Shown here in pieces: positions 27,383 through 36,928 of a DNA stretch of 64,000 nucleotides (position 1 is the first letter of the stretch; each line of letters starts with the position of its first letter). The stretch is from assembly GCA_017616855.1 (NCBI GenBank), contig JAFZXI010000115.1:1412-65411 (forward strand), in the 5' to 3' direction. A program made the translations under genes and the position numbers. The notes beneath the pieces were generated by a model. It saw nothing but the letters and a program-made list of their open reading frames with translations, was not told where the DNA came from and made no database searches. This stretch comes from Clostridia bacterium. GTDB taxonomy: Bacteria; Bacillota; Clostridia; Oscillospirales; RGIG8002.

Positions 27383-28408
27383 TCACGCTTCCGCGCGTTC
27401 CTTTTCCTCAACGTAAGCGGCGACGGCGGCCTCGATCTGCGAATTGATGTCGCTCGCTTCCATGCGGTACGCCTGCTCGATGCACTTGGCGACGGAAACG
27501 GCGGTGCTGCTGCCGTGGCCCTTGATTATGACCTTCTTGGTGCCGAGAATGACGCTTCCGCCGTAGTTGCGGTAGTCCATGAACTCTTTTTCTTCCTTGA
27601 ACATCTTCTTCATGAACAGCGCGCCGACCTTGTTGCGCATGCGGGAGGAAATATCCTTCTTTATCTTCTTGAGCATGAGCAGCGCGGTGCCCTCGGCGCT
27701 CTTGACGAGCACGTTGCCGGAGAAGCCGTCGCAAACGACGAGGTCGTAGTTGCCGGACATAAGGTCGCGGCTTTCCATATTACCGACGAAGTTGAGTCCT
27801 TCGGCGTTTTTTAGCAGCTGATAGGTCGTTTTGCGGAGCAGGTCGCCCTTCTCCTCCTCGACGCCGACGTTCAGCAGCGCGACGCGGGGGCTTTTGACTC
27901 CGAAAACGCTCTTCATGTAGATGCTGCCCATAACGGCGAACTGGCAAAGGCGCTTCGGCGTGCATTCGACGTTTGCGCCGCTGTCGCATACGCCGACGAT
28001 CCTTCCGTTCATCGTCGGGATTATCGGGCAGAATGTCGGGCGGCTGACGCCTTTGAGGCGTCCGACTCGCATGGTCGCGGCGGCTACGAGCGCGCCGGTC
28101 GAACCGGTGGTCACCATTCCGTCCGCTTCGCCCGCGCGGAGCATATCTATCGCTTTCATCATGGAGCTTTCGGGCCTGTGGCGTACGACGTCGGTCGGCT
28201 TGTCGTTGCAGCTTATGACGTCTGGCGCGTGCACAACGGTGCAGCGGTCCTTGAGTCCGATGCGCTTCATTTCGTCTTTTATCGTCTGCTCATCGCCGGT
28301 TAAAACGATTTCGAGGTCGTCAAAGCTCTCTATCGCGAGCTTTGCGCCGCCTACGGTAGCGGGAACGCCTTTGTCTCCGCCGAAGCAGTCAACGATTATC
28401 TTTATCAT
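27383..28408 (-). CDS. plsX: phosphate acyltransferase PlsX
   Basis: 341 aa: MIKIIVDCFGGDKG..., ...GSTGALVAAA..., ...GGSVILGTKKVIIKGHGSS. Confidence 0.9.
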   Translation of the reverse strand: MIKIIVDCFGGDKGVPATVGGAKLAIESFDDLEIVLTGDEQTIKDEMKRIGLKDRCTVVHAPDVISCNDKPTDVVRHRPESSMMKAIDMLRAGEADGMVTTGSTGALVAAATMRVGRLKGVSRPTFCPIIPTMNGRIVGVCDSGANVECTPKRLCQFAVMGSIYMKSVFGVKSPRVALLNVGVEEEKGDLLRKTTYQLLKNAEGLNFVGNMESRDLMSGNYDLVVCDGFSGNVLVKSAEGTALLMLKKIKKDISSRMRNKVGALFMKKMFKEEKEFMDYRNYGGSVILGTKKVIIKGHGSSTAVSVAKCIEQAYRMEASDINSQIEAAVAAYVEEKERAEA

Positions 28409-28439
28409 ACGTGGCCTCCTTTAGAGATGCCTGATTATT

Positions 28440-29333
28440 TCAGCGGCGCTTCGAATGGAAGCAGATACCGACGGAGTCGGGACCGCAATGCGCGCCGGCA
28501 GTCGGATTGACTACGACCTTTTCAATTTCGAGATCGGCTCCGAATCTTTCTTTTATAGCTTCGATAAGCTGATCGGCAATTTCGTCGGCGCCGGTGTGGG
28601 CGACCACGAGGCGGTGCGCTCTTATATCGTCGCCGAGTTCCTCGACGTAAGTGAGCAGGCGCTCGAGGGCGTTGAACCTGCCGCGCTCCTTGCCGATGCT
28701 CTCCATCTTGCCTTCTTCGCTGATGTAGATTATCGGGCGGACGCCGAGCAGGGTTCCCATGGTCGCGGCCAGGCCGCCGACTCTGCCGCTGCGCTTGAAG
28801 AACTTGAGGTTATCCGCGAAAAAGTATATCGTGTAATGATTGATTTCTTTATTGAGATGCGCGATGATTTCGTCCGCGGTCTTGCCCGCCTTGTAAAGCT
28901 CGCCCGCTTCTCTCGAAAGCGTGTAGCCGAGAGTGGTTATCGCTTTCGTATCGAACTCGCGGAAAACGGCGTCGGGATACTTCTCCTTCAGCTCCGCGAC
29001 GGCGGCGCGCATATTCTCGAACGTCTGGCTCATAGCCTCCGAAAAGTGAACGTAGAGTATCTCGTCGCCCTGCGCGAAGAAGGGCTCGAAATACCGCTTG
29101 TAGCGTTCCGCGTTCACGCTGCTCGTCGTGGGAAGCTCTCCGCCCTGCGCCGCGCGGTCGCGCAGCATGCCGTAAAACTCATTATAGTTGAACTCTTCAT
29201 AATCCTCATAGGGACAAATCAGTTTGCCGTCGACGGTATAAGGCATGCTGATAAGCTCGGCGCCGTATTCCTTCGCGGTCTTGAGATCGACGTCGCAATC
29301 CGAGTCAAAAAACAATCTGAGCATTTCTCGCAC
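28440..29333 (-). CDS. DegV family fatty-acid-binding protein
   Basis: 297 aa with the DegV pattern (...LPTTSSVN..., ...GRVGGLAATMGTLLGVRPII...). Confidence 0.85.
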   Translation of the reverse strand: MREMLRLFFDSDCDVDLKTAKEYGAELISMPYTVDGKLICPYEDYEEFNYNEFYGMLRDRAAQGGELPTTSSVNAERYKRYFEPFFAQGDEILYVHFSEAMSQTFENMRAAVAELKEKYPDAVFREFDTKAITTLGYTLSREAGELYKAGKTADEIIAHLNKEINHYTIYFFADNLKFFKRSGRVGGLAATMGTLLGVRPIIYISEEGKMESIGKERGRFNALERLLTYVEELGDDIRAHRLVVAHTGADEIADQLIEAIKERFGADLEIEKVVVNPTAGAHCGPDSVGICFHSKRR

Positions 29334-29345
29334 ACTCCCTTATTT

Positions 29346-31004
29346 CTATTCGAGAATCAGCACAAAGTCATGTATCGGCTGGCCGCCGTCTATCATTATG
29401 ACTTCCGTGCGTTTGTAGCGCTTGACGAGTTCTTCGTAAACGCCCTGCGCCTCTTCTTCAGTCGTATCGCGTCCGCAGATGAGCAGCATAACGTCGCGCT
29501 CGGCGCTGTCGAGCTTTTCGGCAAGACCGAGAAGCGCTTCGCATTTGTCGGGGCTGTCGACGTAAATCTTATCGTCCGCGAAGCCGATATAGTCGTCTTT
29601 GCGGACGACGACGCCGTCCATGTCCGCGTCGCGGCTGGCTCGGGAAACCATTCCGGTAACGACGCCGGCGATGATCTCATCGACCTTTTCGATAATGTTG
29701 TCGGTATCGCCGGAACTCGTGTCAAGCATCGAAAGCGAGGCGTAACCCTCGCCTATCGTGCGGCTCGGTATAACGCGGACGTCGGCATCGGTATAGATTT
29801 CCGCCGCCTGCTTAGCTGTCATTATCACATTGCCGTTGTTCGGATAAACGAGAATCGTTTTAGCGTTCACGCTTTCAAACGCCTCGATGAAATCCTTCGT
29901 CGAGGGGTTCATGCTCTGCCCGCCGTCGACGACGCAGTCGGTGCCGAGCGAAGTAAACACCTGCTTTATTCCGTCTCCGGACGCGACCGCGACGATGCCG
30001 TAATCCTTTTTCGGCTTCGGCGGCGCGACGGAAAAACGGTTCTGGATAGTCGCCTCATGGTGCTGGAGCATCATGTTTTCAATCTTCAGCGTGAGAAACT
30101 CGCCGTACTGCTGACCGAAATCAAGGATCTCGCCCGGCGTCATCGTGTGAACGTGGACCTTCACGACGGTGCCGTCGCGGAAGCAAACGACGGAGTTACC
30201 GATGGAATTGAGCTTTTCGGTAAAGGCGCTGACGTCGAACGCGTCAACGTCGCATTTGGACTTCTGCAGGCGGAGCAGGAACTCCGTGCAGTAGCCGAAT
30301 TCGAGCTGCATATCGCTCGTAAAGGTGTCGACGTCGATTTTCTTCGCCGCCTGAGACGAAGAAACCGGAGCCGCTCCGGGAGCGTCGCCGCTAATCCCGT
30401 AAACCGCGTCGCGCATTCCCTCGGCTATGTAAACGAATCCGGCTCCGCCGCTGTCCACGACGCCCGCTTCCTTGAGCACGTCAAGGAGCTCCGGCGTCCT
30501 GTCAAGCGAGAGCCGCAGCTCTTCGGTGAAATCGTCGAAATATGTCTCAAGCGTGCTATCCGCCGTAACCTTTGAGTTAGCGACGGCGACGCCGTCCTTC
30601 AGCACTGTAAGAATCGTGCCTTCAACGGGGACCGCGACGGCTCCGTACGCTTCCTTCACGGCGGACGAAAACGCGGCGGCGACGCCGGCGATATCCGCTT
30701 CTTCAACGCCGTCAAAGCCCTTTGCCAGACCTGCGAAAATACGCGAAAGGATAACGCCCGAATTGCCGCGGGCACCCATAAGCATACCCTGCGCGGCCTT
30801 GTGCGCCATTTCGCCGAGGTTGCCCTCGCCGCCGACGGCGGAAGCGCCGGATTCCACAGTCATATACATATTATCACCCGTGTCCCCGTCGGGGATCGGG
30901 AAAACGTTAAGATCGTTCACAATGCTTCTGTTTGCGTAAAGACCCGCGGCACCGTTTTTCACCATCTCGGCGAATAACGCGCCGCTTAAGCTTTGTGTAC
31001 TCAT
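29346..31004 (-). CDS. DAK2 domain-containing protein (YloV-like)
   Basis: 552 aa. The N-terminus ...LNVFPIPDGDTGDNMYMT...GARGNSGVILS is the Dak2 phosphatase-domain signature. YloV-type C-terminal domain. Confidence 0.85.
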   Translation of the reverse strand: MSTQSLSGALFAEMVKNGAAGLYANRSIVNDLNVFPIPDGDTGDNMYMTVESGASAVGGEGNLGEMAHKAAQGMLMGARGNSGVILSRIFAGLAKGFDGVEEADIAGVAAAFSSAVKEAYGAVAVPVEGTILTVLKDGVAVANSKVTADSTLETYFDDFTEELRLSLDRTPELLDVLKEAGVVDSGGAGFVYIAEGMRDAVYGISGDAPGAAPVSSSQAAKKIDVDTFTSDMQLEFGYCTEFLLRLQKSKCDVDAFDVSAFTEKLNSIGNSVVCFRDGTVVKVHVHTMTPGEILDFGQQYGEFLTLKIENMMLQHHEATIQNRFSVAPPKPKKDYGIVAVASGDGIKQVFTSLGTDCVVDGGQSMNPSTKDFIEAFESVNAKTILVYPNNGNVIMTAKQAAEIYTDADVRVIPSRTIGEGYASLSMLDTSSGDTDNIIEKVDEIIAGVVTGMVSRASRDADMDGVVVRKDDYIGFADDKIYVDSPDKCEALLGLAEKLDSAERDVMLLICGRDTTEEEAQGVYEELVKRYKRTEVIMIDGGQPIHDFVLILE

Positions 31005-31245
31005 TGATTGATTACCTTCCTTTAGGGACTACTGCTCTGTAAAATTGTATGTCCGAACTCTTACCCATTATCAACGGACATCGTATTCCATACTGAGAAA
31101 GTATACTATTTTATTACCGAAAAGTCAATAGCACGGCGCATTTTTATTAAGGTCAAAAAGGCGGATTGCGTGTCGTGATACGTGCTCGCGGCATATAATA
31201 ACGCGGAACGGTACGCCCGCTCCGAACTTAAACAAATAAGGAGAA

Positions 31246-32100
31246 ATGCCTATGGCAACTACCTTTTTCAACAGGGCCACATTGACCTACGACGGCGTCA
31301 CGAGACAATCGAACACCGTAACCGGTACAATCGAAAGCGGCCTTACGGTGACGAAGACGGCGTTGACGCCCGACTACACCGCCGGCGCGGAAAAGACCTT
31401 CGTCATCAATCTCACTAACAACGCCGCGTCGGACTTTGAAGGTCTGACCCTCACTGACGATCTCGGCGCTTATGCCTTCGAACAGACGATGCTCACTCCG
31501 CTGACCTACGCCGCCGGCTCCGTCAACTATTCTGTTAACGGCGTTCAGCAGGCCGCTCCGGGCGTGACAGCGGGACCTCCGCTCGTTTTCACGGGCGTAA
31601 GCGTGCCCGCCGGAGGGAACGCAGCCGTCATATATAAGGCGACCGTGAATCAGTACGCGCCGCTCGGCTCCGGCGCGGAAATCACGAACACCGTCACTGT
31701 TACCGGCGGCACAATGACGGCCCCCGTTACCGCTTCCGCAACGATAACCGCGGACGACGCTCCGCAGCTGACGATAACGAAGTCCGTAAATCCTGCGGTC
31801 GTGACCGAAAACGGACAGCTGACCTACACCTTCGTCATCGAGAACAACGGCAGCACCGCAGCGGATGCAACAGACGACGTTTCCGTCGGCGACACGTTCA
31901 ATCCCGTTCTCTCTTCCCTCACAGTCCAACTCAACGGCGCCGCGCTGACGCCGACCACGGATTACACTTACGCTTCCGGCGTCTTCGCCACGGTCCCCGG
32001 CGTCATCACCGTCCCCGCCGCGACGCAGACTCAAAGCCCGACCGGCGAATGGGTTTCCATTCCCGGAGAATCCGTTCTGACGGTTACCGGCACAGTATAA
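31246..32100 (+). CDS. DUF11-type conserved-repeat protein (no signal peptide)
   Basis: 284 aa, T/V/A-rich. Two units of the type LT(V/I)TK(T/S)..P......G...TY.(F)VI.N.G...A....V.D resemble the DUF11 / conserved repeat domain. The N-terminus is not hydrophobic. Start at ATG 31246 or 31252. Confidence 0.55.
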   Translation: MPMATTFFNRATLTYDGVTRQSNTVTGTIESGLTVTKTALTPDYTAGAEKTFVINLTNNAASDFEGLTLTDDLGAYAFEQTMLTPLTYAAGSVNYSVNGVQQAAPGVTAGPPLVFTGVSVPAGGNAAVIYKATVNQYAPLGSGAEITNTVTVTGGTMTAPVTASATITADDAPQLTITKSVNPAVVTENGQLTYTFVIENNGSTAADATDDVSVGDTFNPVLSSLTVQLNGAALTPTTDYTYASGVFATVPGVITVPAATQTQSPTGEWVSIPGESVLTVTGTV

Positions 32101-32115
32101 TCCACGGCGTTTTTC

Positions 32116-32150
32116 AAGCCGCTCCGATCGGAGCGGCTTTTCCTTTTATT
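32116..32150 (+). terminator. rho-independent terminator
   Basis: AAGCCGCTCC-GATC-GGAGCGGCTT followed by TTCCTTTTATTT. Confidence 0.7.
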
Positions 32151-32259
32151 TGATATGAAAAATCACAATTTTGCTTGCTATTTTCTTATTTTATGTATTG
32201 ACATTTGATAGAATCTTTGATAGAATACAGTTAGTATTATAAGCAAAGGAGAAAATAAC

Positions 32260-33489
32260 ATGAAATCTTTTAAGAGAATCCTTTCCGCTATCATAGCCTG
32301 CGTCATGCTGATGGCTGTCGCAGTTCCGTTCGCTGCGTTCGCGGATGGTCCTGTTGTCGAGGTATCCGGCGGCGGTGCCAACGGCAAACCCGGCGACGAA
32401 GTTGCCTGCAACATTTCAATCAACGGCGCGAAGATCGGCGCTGTCCAGCTCACCGTCACATTTGATGCCGCCGTGCTCGAATATCAGAGAGTCGAAATCG
32501 GCGACGATATCAGAGATCTTCCCGAAGACAACCCGGCCGTTTATCTTGCGAATGACAACGATGCCGCCACCGGCAAGCTCATTCTCGGCGCCGCTATCAC
32601 CAAGGGCGTTGAATTTGACGTTGCTGCCCTGAGCATTATCTTCACGATCCGCAACGTTGAAGAAAGCACGCATTCCATTATAAACATCCAGGTCGACAGA
32701 CTCCGTGACGAAGAAGACAACGCTCTTGAGTTCACCGCTAACGGCGGCTCCGTCACCGTCACCGTCCTGCACATCGAGTCCATCGTCTTCGCTGACGAGT
32801 CCAAGGAACTCGAAGTCGGCCAGGAATTCGTTCCCGAATACACCGTCAACCCCGAAGGCTACACCGACGCTTTCAATCCTGTTTGGTCCTCCGACAACGC
32901 CGAGATCGCTTCCGTTGACGAAAACGGCAAGATCACCGCTCTGAGAGAAGGCACCGCGAACATCACGATTGCGAACGGCGAGATTTCCGCCACCCTGCCT
33001 GTCACCGTCAAGCCCGCGGGCGTACCGATCGAATCCATCGTCTTTGCTGACGAATCCAAGGAACTCGAAGTCGGCGCTGAATACACTCCCGCTTACACCG
33101 TCAACCCCGAAGGCTATACCGATCCCTTCGAGCCCGTTTGGGTCTCCTCCAACGTCGATGTAGCTGTCGTTGACGAGAACGGCAAGATCACCGCTGTCGG
33201 CGAAGGCGAAGCGACCATCACCGTATCCTGCGGCGAGATTTCCGCCACCCTGCCGATCACCGTCGTTGCTCCCGCCCAGCAGTACAAGAAGGGCGATATG
33301 GACAAGGACGGAGAGATCACCGTTGCGGACGCGCTGCGCGCTCTGCGTATCGCCGCGAAGCTCGTTGAGCCCACCGAAGAAGACCTGCTGATAGGCAACG
33401 TCGACGGCGACAATGAGATCACCGTCGCTGACGCGCTGAAGATCCTCCGTGTCGCCGCGAAGCTCGCTGAAGAAGATTCCCTTCAGTAA
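32260..33489 (+). CDS. secreted cohesin-like domain - 2x Big_2 - dockerin protein (adaptor-scaffoldin-like)
   Basis: Signal peptide MKSFKRILSAIIACVMLMAVAVPFAAFA. Residues ~30-170 (VVEVSGGGANGKPGDEVACNISINGAKIGAVQLTVTFDAAVLEYQRVEIGD...GKLILGAAI...) look like a cohesin beta-sandwich. Two near-identical Ig-like units (IESIVFADESKELEVG.E..P.YTVNPEGYTD.F.PVW.S.N...A.VDENGKITA..EG.A.IT...GEISATLP.TV). C-terminus GDMDKDGEITVADALRALRIAAKL...GNVDGDNEITVADALKILRVAAKL. Confidence 0.75.
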   Translation: MKSFKRILSAIIACVMLMAVAVPFAAFADGPVVEVSGGGANGKPGDEVACNISINGAKIGAVQLTVTFDAAVLEYQRVEIGDDIRDLPEDNPAVYLANDNDAATGKLILGAAITKGVEFDVAALSIIFTIRNVEESTHSIINIQVDRLRDEEDNALEFTANGGSVTVTVLHIESIVFADESKELEVGQEFVPEYTVNPEGYTDAFNPVWSSDNAEIASVDENGKITALREGTANITIANGEISATLPVTVKPAGVPIESIVFADESKELEVGAEYTPAYTVNPEGYTDPFEPVWVSSNVDVAVVDENGKITAVGEGEATITVSCGEISATLPITVVAPAQQYKKGDMDKDGEITVADALRALRIAAKLVEPTEEDLLIGNVDGDNEITVADALKILRVAAKLAEEDSLQ

Positions 33490-33526
33490 TCCGCAGTAAA
33501 GCAGAATAGACGGAATATAATAGTCC

Positions 33527-33560
33527 CTCCCCGTATAGAATAATACGGGGAGTGATTTTT
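33527..33560 (+). terminator. rho-independent terminator
   Basis: CTCCCCGTA-TAGAATAA-TACGGGGAG followed by TGATTTTTT. Confidence 0.7.
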
Positions 33561-33561
33561 T

Positions 33562-34035
33562 ATGAAAAAGGTCAAAAAGGCGCTGCCGTTCATAATCGGA
33601 ATACTTATCCCGCTCGCGCTCGGCGGGCTTTCCGCTCTGCTGACGATGAGCGATATGAAGGACTACGCCGATATTCAGAAGCCGCCGCTTTCGCCGCCGG
33701 CGATCGTCTTCCCTATCGCATGGTCGCTGCTTTATACGCTGATGGGAATCGCCTCCGCGCTTGTATGGCGCGAAAGGCACACAGATGACCGCCAGAACGG
33801 ACTGATTTACTACGGCCTGCAGCTGATACTGAACTTTTTCTGGCCGCTCGTGTTTTTCAGCGCGAAGGAGTATTGGTTCGCGTTCGCATGGCTGCTCGCA
33901 CTCATAGCCGCGGTCATCGCGACGGCGGTGTTCTTCAGACGCGTGAACAAAGCGGCGTTTTGGCTGCTCATTCCGTACCTTGCCTGGCTCGCCTTCGCCG
34001 CGTATCTCAACGCCGGAGTCGCGGCGCTGAACTGA
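33562..34035 (+). CDS. tspO: TspO/MBR family tryptophan-rich sensory protein
   Basis: 157 aa with five TM helices. ...KPPLSPPAIVFPIAWSLLYTLMGIA..., ...QLILNFFWPLVFF..., ...IPYLAWLAFAAYLN are typical TspO motifs. Confidence 0.8.
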   Translation: MKKVKKALPFIIGILIPLALGGLSALLTMSDMKDYADIQKPPLSPPAIVFPIAWSLLYTLMGIASALVWRERHTDDRQNGLIYYGLQLILNFFWPLVFFSAKEYWFAFAWLLALIAAVIATAVFFRRVNKAAFWLLIPYLAWLAFAAYLNAGVAALN

Positions 34036-34046
34036 AAATCGGATGC

Positions 34047-34079
34047 AAAAACGCACGCTCGTGTGAGCGTGCGTTTTTT
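34047..34079. terminator. bidirectional terminator between tspO and pnp
   Basis: AAAAACGCACGCTC-GTGT-GAGCGTGCGTTTTTT. Confidence 0.8.
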
Positions 34080-34097
34080 ATCGCGTTATTGCGGAGA

Positions 34098-36317
34098 TTA
34101 TCTTCTCCTGCGGTCGCCGCCTCTGTCGCGTCCGCCTCTGTCACGGCCGCCGCGGTCGTGTCCGCGGTCGCCGCCGGAGGTCTTCGGTCTGCTGACATAG
34201 GCCTCGATGGGCTTCTCAATGCCGTCCATCTCGTCGAGAACGGCCTTGCGGGAGAGATTTATGCGGCCCTGGCTGTCGATCTCGACGACCTTGACCATGA
34301 TCTCGTCGCCGACGGTGGCGACGTCTTCCATCTTCTCGACTCTGTCGCGGTCATACTGGGAGATGTGAACCATGCCCTCTTTTCCGGGAGCGATCTCGAC
34401 GAAGGCGCCGAAGTCCATAAGACGCGTGACCTTGCCGCTGTAAAGTCCGCCGATCTCGGGATCGTTGACGATGCCTTCGATAATGCCCTTGGCGGCCTCG
34501 GCAGCCATGGAGTCGACGGCGGTGATGAAGATGCGGCCGTCGTCCTCGATGTCGATCTTGGCGCCGGTGTCGGCGACGATCTTCTGAATGACCTTGCCGC
34601 CGGAGCCGATGACTTCGCGGATCTTGTCGACGTCGATCTGCATCGTGATCATCTTGGGCGCGTACTTGGAAAGCTCGGCGCGCGGCGCGGGGATGACCGG
34701 AAGCATAACTTCGTCAAGGATGTAATTTCTCGCCTTGTGGGTCTTTTCAATGGCTGAACGGATAATCTCGGGGGTCAGACCGTCGATCTTGAGGTCCATC
34801 TGAATAGCGGTGATGCCGTCATGCGTGCCGGCGACTTTGAAGTCCATATCGCCGAAGAAGTCTTCGACGCCCTGGATATCGACCATCGTCATCCAGCGGT
34901 CGCCCTCGGTGATGAGTCCGCAGGAAATACCCGCGACGGGCTCCTTGATCGGAACGCCGGCGTCCATAAGCGCGAGCGTGGAGCCGCAGATGGAGGCCTG
35001 CGACGTGGAACCGTTGGAAGAAAGCACCTCGGAAACGAGGCGGATAACGTACGGGAACTCCTCTTCGCTCGGGATAACGGGCTCGAGGGCTCTCTGCGCG
35101 AGCGCGCCGTGGCCGATTTCGCGGCGTCCGGGGCCTCTGGAGGGCTTCGTCTCGCCTACGGAGTAGGACGGGAAGTTATAGTGATGCATGTATCTGCGCT
35201 CGGTCTCCTCGTCGATGCCGTCGAGAAGCTGAGCGTCGCTGACGGTGCCGAGGGTGCAGACGGTGAGGACCTGGGTCTGGCCTCTGGTGAAGAGTCCGGA
35301 GCCGTGGGTTCTCGGAAGGATTCCGACCTGCGCGTTAAGCGGACGCATCTCGTCGATGCCTCTGCCGTCGACGCGCTTGCCGTCGTCGAGCAGCCAGCGG
35401 CGGACGACGTACTTCTGAAGCTTGTACATGCACTCGTCGAGCTGCGCCTTGGAGTCGGGATACTTCTCCTCGAACTCGGCGTAGACGGCGTCGTAAACGA
35501 CCTGCAGGTTGGCGTCACGGACGTTCTTGTCGTCGGTGTCCATCGCGGCGCGGACGCTGTCGATGGCGAAGGCCTTGACCGCCTCGAACATCTCGGGGTC
35601 GACTTCCTTGCTCTCGAACTCGAACTTTTCCTTGCCGACGGCCGCCTTTATCTCGTTGATGAAGGCGACGATTTTTCTGCATTCCTCAAAGCCGCGGTTG
35701 ATGCCTTCGATCATGACTTCGTCCGGGACCATCTTGGCGCCGGCTTCGATCATGACGACCTTCTTATCGGTGGCGGCGACGGTCACGGCCATCTGGCTGA
35801 CCTTGCGCTGCTCGGCGGTGGGGTTGATTACGTATTCACCGTCGACGTAGCCGACGCTGACGGCGCCGATAGGTCCGTTCCACGGAATATCGGAGATCGT
35901 GATGGCGATGGACGAGCCGACCATGGCTACCTGCTCGGGCTGGCAGTCGGGGTCCACGCACATGACGGTGTTGACCACGCTGACGTCGTTGCGCATATCC
36001 TTCGGGAACAGCGGGCGGACGGGGCGGTCGATGACGCGGGAGGCGAGGATTGCCTTCTCGCTCGGTCTTCCCTCTCTGCGGAGGAAGCTGCCGGGGATCC
36101 TGCCCACGGAATAAAGCTTCTCTTCGTAGTCGACGGAAAGCGGGAAATAATCGATGCCCTCGCGGGGCGTCTTGGACGCCGTCGCGGTGGAAAGCACGAC
36201 GGTGTCGCCGTAAGTCACCAGCGCGGACGCGTTGGCGAGCTGCGCGAGTCTGCCGGTCTCGACCTTCAGTTTGCGGCCGGCGATCTCGGTCTCGAAAACT
36301 CTCATTTTCTCAAACAT
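34098..36317 (-). CDS. pnp: polyribonucleotide nucleotidyltransferase (PNPase) with Arg/Gly-rich C-terminal tail
   Basis: 739 aa with two RNase PH domains, then KH and S1 (...GKVTRLMDFGAFVEI...). Ends in SGGDRGHDRGGRDRGGRDRGGDRRRR. Confidence 0.95.
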   Translation of the reverse strand: MFEKMRVFETEIAGRKLKVETGRLAQLANASALVTYGDTVVLSTATASKTPREGIDYFPLSVDYEEKLYSVGRIPGSFLRREGRPSEKAILASRVIDRPVRPLFPKDMRNDVSVVNTVMCVDPDCQPEQVAMVGSSIAITISDIPWNGPIGAVSVGYVDGEYVINPTAEQRKVSQMAVTVAATDKKVVMIEAGAKMVPDEVMIEGINRGFEECRKIVAFINEIKAAVGKEKFEFESKEVDPEMFEAVKAFAIDSVRAAMDTDDKNVRDANLQVVYDAVYAEFEEKYPDSKAQLDECMYKLQKYVVRRWLLDDGKRVDGRGIDEMRPLNAQVGILPRTHGSGLFTRGQTQVLTVCTLGTVSDAQLLDGIDEETERRYMHHYNFPSYSVGETKPSRGPGRREIGHGALAQRALEPVIPSEEEFPYVIRLVSEVLSSNGSTSQASICGSTLALMDAGVPIKEPVAGISCGLITEGDRWMTMVDIQGVEDFFGDMDFKVAGTHDGITAIQMDLKIDGLTPEIIRSAIEKTHKARNYILDEVMLPVIPAPRAELSKYAPKMITMQIDVDKIREVIGSGGKVIQKIVADTGAKIDIEDDGRIFITAVDSMAAEAAKGIIEGIVNDPEIGGLYSGKVTRLMDFGAFVEIAPGKEGMVHISQYDRDRVEKMEDVATVGDEIMVKVVEIDSQGRINLSRKAVLDEMDGIEKPIEAYVSRPKTSGGDRGHDRGGRDRGGRDRGGDRRRR

Positions 36318-36479
36318 TCTTTTACATACCTCCGTTTATTTTCTCCGGTATGCACAGCATTTAGCAATAAAGCCGAAGTCCGCCTCAGCGGGCACCCGCT
36401 TTACCGCTAAAATACCGCACATCCGGTAATTAACGACAACAGGGCAGCCGGACCGGAGGTCCGACTGCCCGATGCGCTG

Positions 36480-36746
36480 TTACTTTCTGATGGAAAGCTT
36501 TTCGATGATCTCACGATAACGATCGATATCCTTCGCCTTCAGATAGCCGAGCATGTTTCTTCTCTGACCGACCATCTTCTGAAGTCCGCGAAGCGAATGC
36601 TTATCGTGCTTGTGCACCTTAAGGTGCTCGGTAAGCTGGTTGATGCGAGTGGTGAGAAGCGCTATCTGCACCTCGGGAGAACCGGTATCGGTCTCGCTCA
36701 GGCGGTACTTCTCGATGATCGCCATCTTTTCTTCCTTCAGCAGCAT
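36480..36746 (-). CDS. rpsO: 30S ribosomal protein S15
   Basis: ATG at 36746 with GGAGGTG upstream; the track's first codon is a GTG inside the RBS. ...[43 protein letters not shown]... Confidence 0.95.
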   Translation of the reverse strand: MLLKEEKMAIIEKYRLSETDTGSPEVQIALLTTRINQLTEHLKVHKHDKHSLRGLQKMVGQRRNMLGYLKAKDIDRYREIIEKLSIRK

Positions 36747-36928
36747 CTGGTTCACCTCCGTAAATATTTGTCCGCGGAAAGCTGCGTAAGGGGTCGGTGA
36801 ATGCCGGTTTTATCGGCTTTGTCCCCGAACGAAGCAGTCGCAACCGATATATAATAACATATAATATCGGATTTGTAAAGAATTATTTTCGCGATTTTGA
36901 GATTTTTTTTGCTTTCCCTGCCCTGCCG

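Noticed and set aside
31150-31245. Sporulation (sigma-K-type) promoter upstream of the DUF11 repeat protein (CATATAATA at about 31191)
   Set aside because: The -10-like element is present, but I could not place a properly spaced -35 'AC' element. It is too weak to call from sequence alone.
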